Part shown: in pieces, positions 7,814 to 8,542 of the stretch
Position numbering within the stretch: position 1 is the first letter of the stretch
Layout of the letters: each line of letters opens with the position of its first letter
From: Paraspadella gotoi
Taxonomy: Eukaryota; Animalia; Chaetognatha
Length of the DNA stretch: 8,542 nt
Assembly: GCA_051294375.1 (NCBI GenBank)
Contig: JBJCIZ010001567.1
Coordinates: forward strand, 1-8,542
Direction: 5' to 3'
Program-made: the position numbers and the translations under genes
The notes under the pieces: model-generated
Told to the model about the DNA's origin: nothing
The model's input: the letters and a program-made list of their open reading frames with translations, nothing else
Database searches by the model: none

Positions 7814-8014
7814 GCACGGAAGGACCAAATCGTTTAATCAGGGACAAGGAGCAGCAGCTCCAGCAGGAGGCAGCCAGACAAAGTAAACAAATCAACAAGG
7901 GCAAGCATGCAGAAACAGGGCAGAAGAGAAAGGAAAGAAAAAAAAACGTGCACCCTGCAGAGCCAGTCTGTCAGAACCTCGTCTTGTTTTTCCGATGCAA
8001 TAAGCGACTAGGGA

Positions 8015-8030
8015 AGAGAGAGAGAGAGAG
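8015..8030 (+). repeat. (AG)8 microsatellite
   Basis: Perfect AG run, with a further GA-rich stretch at ~8050-8072. Confidence 0.9.
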
Positions 8031-8542
8031 CCTACAGGTAATAGATTAAAGGAGAAAAGAGAGAGAAGGAGACGCAGTAGAAAGAAAATGCTGTTTGTGT
8101 TTCCGATAAAACATCAAATATTGTGCAGGACAGTATTATTAAATATGTTTCTGTTTAAGGGACAATCGATGATGGAGAAGCTGTATATAATTTTGCAGAC
8201 TTCATGAGAACGCGAACAAATTTACATCACGTGAACATCAGGCAATCTATAAATTCGCGAACGCGACGACAACGAAAGAAGCCGACGAACGACGCCACTT
8301 ATTATGGTGGCAAAACCAGAGCAGATATCGTCGCAAACGCAAAAGCGATTTGAAAGACAGCATAAAACGGGTATCCAAAAACCACCGAGAGAACTATCAT
8401 TCGTAACATAATAAAAAATTAAGCAAACACTACCTAATCAATCAACGCGAAATGGACCTCATAATAACGGACTTCTGGTTGCGTCCGCTAAGGTGATGGA
8501 GTTTGCTCTGTGCCTCGCGTGATGATGGTCAAATATTGCTAA

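Noticed and set aside
7305-8049. ORFs 7305-7490, 7550-7828, 7698-7904 and 7723-8049
   Set aside because: The last three are products of the (GA)n/(TC)n microsatellite (RE- or LS-rich translations); 7305-7490 is a short Phe/Leu-rich chance ORF from an A-rich tract.

Overview
AT-rich eukaryotic DNA, probably from an invertebrate, made up mostly of transposon remnants; I cannot identify a host gene. The left end (1-~1010, minus strand) is a GC-richer, 5'-truncated Penelope-like retroelement (PLE) encoding the end of the reverse transcriptase and a C-terminal GIY-YIG endonuclease. An internal TGA at 122-124 is probably a nonsense mutation, because the frame and family-like sequence continue past it. 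Beyond the truncation point, on the opposite strand, a pyrimidine-rich tract leads to two tandem hammerhead-ribozyme-like motifs with non-canonical cores (1474-1514 and 1564-1611). This is the most interesting signal and may be an inverted pseudo-LTR. Further right are two related, decayed tRNA-SINE-like heads (~3950-4012 minus, ~7130-7196 plus), a Helentron/HINE-like non-autonomous element (~5753-6659, minus) with an internal ~193-bp tandem duplication that appears nested in a related element of opposite orientation, several hairpins, and GA microsatellites. All alignments and folds were done by eye.
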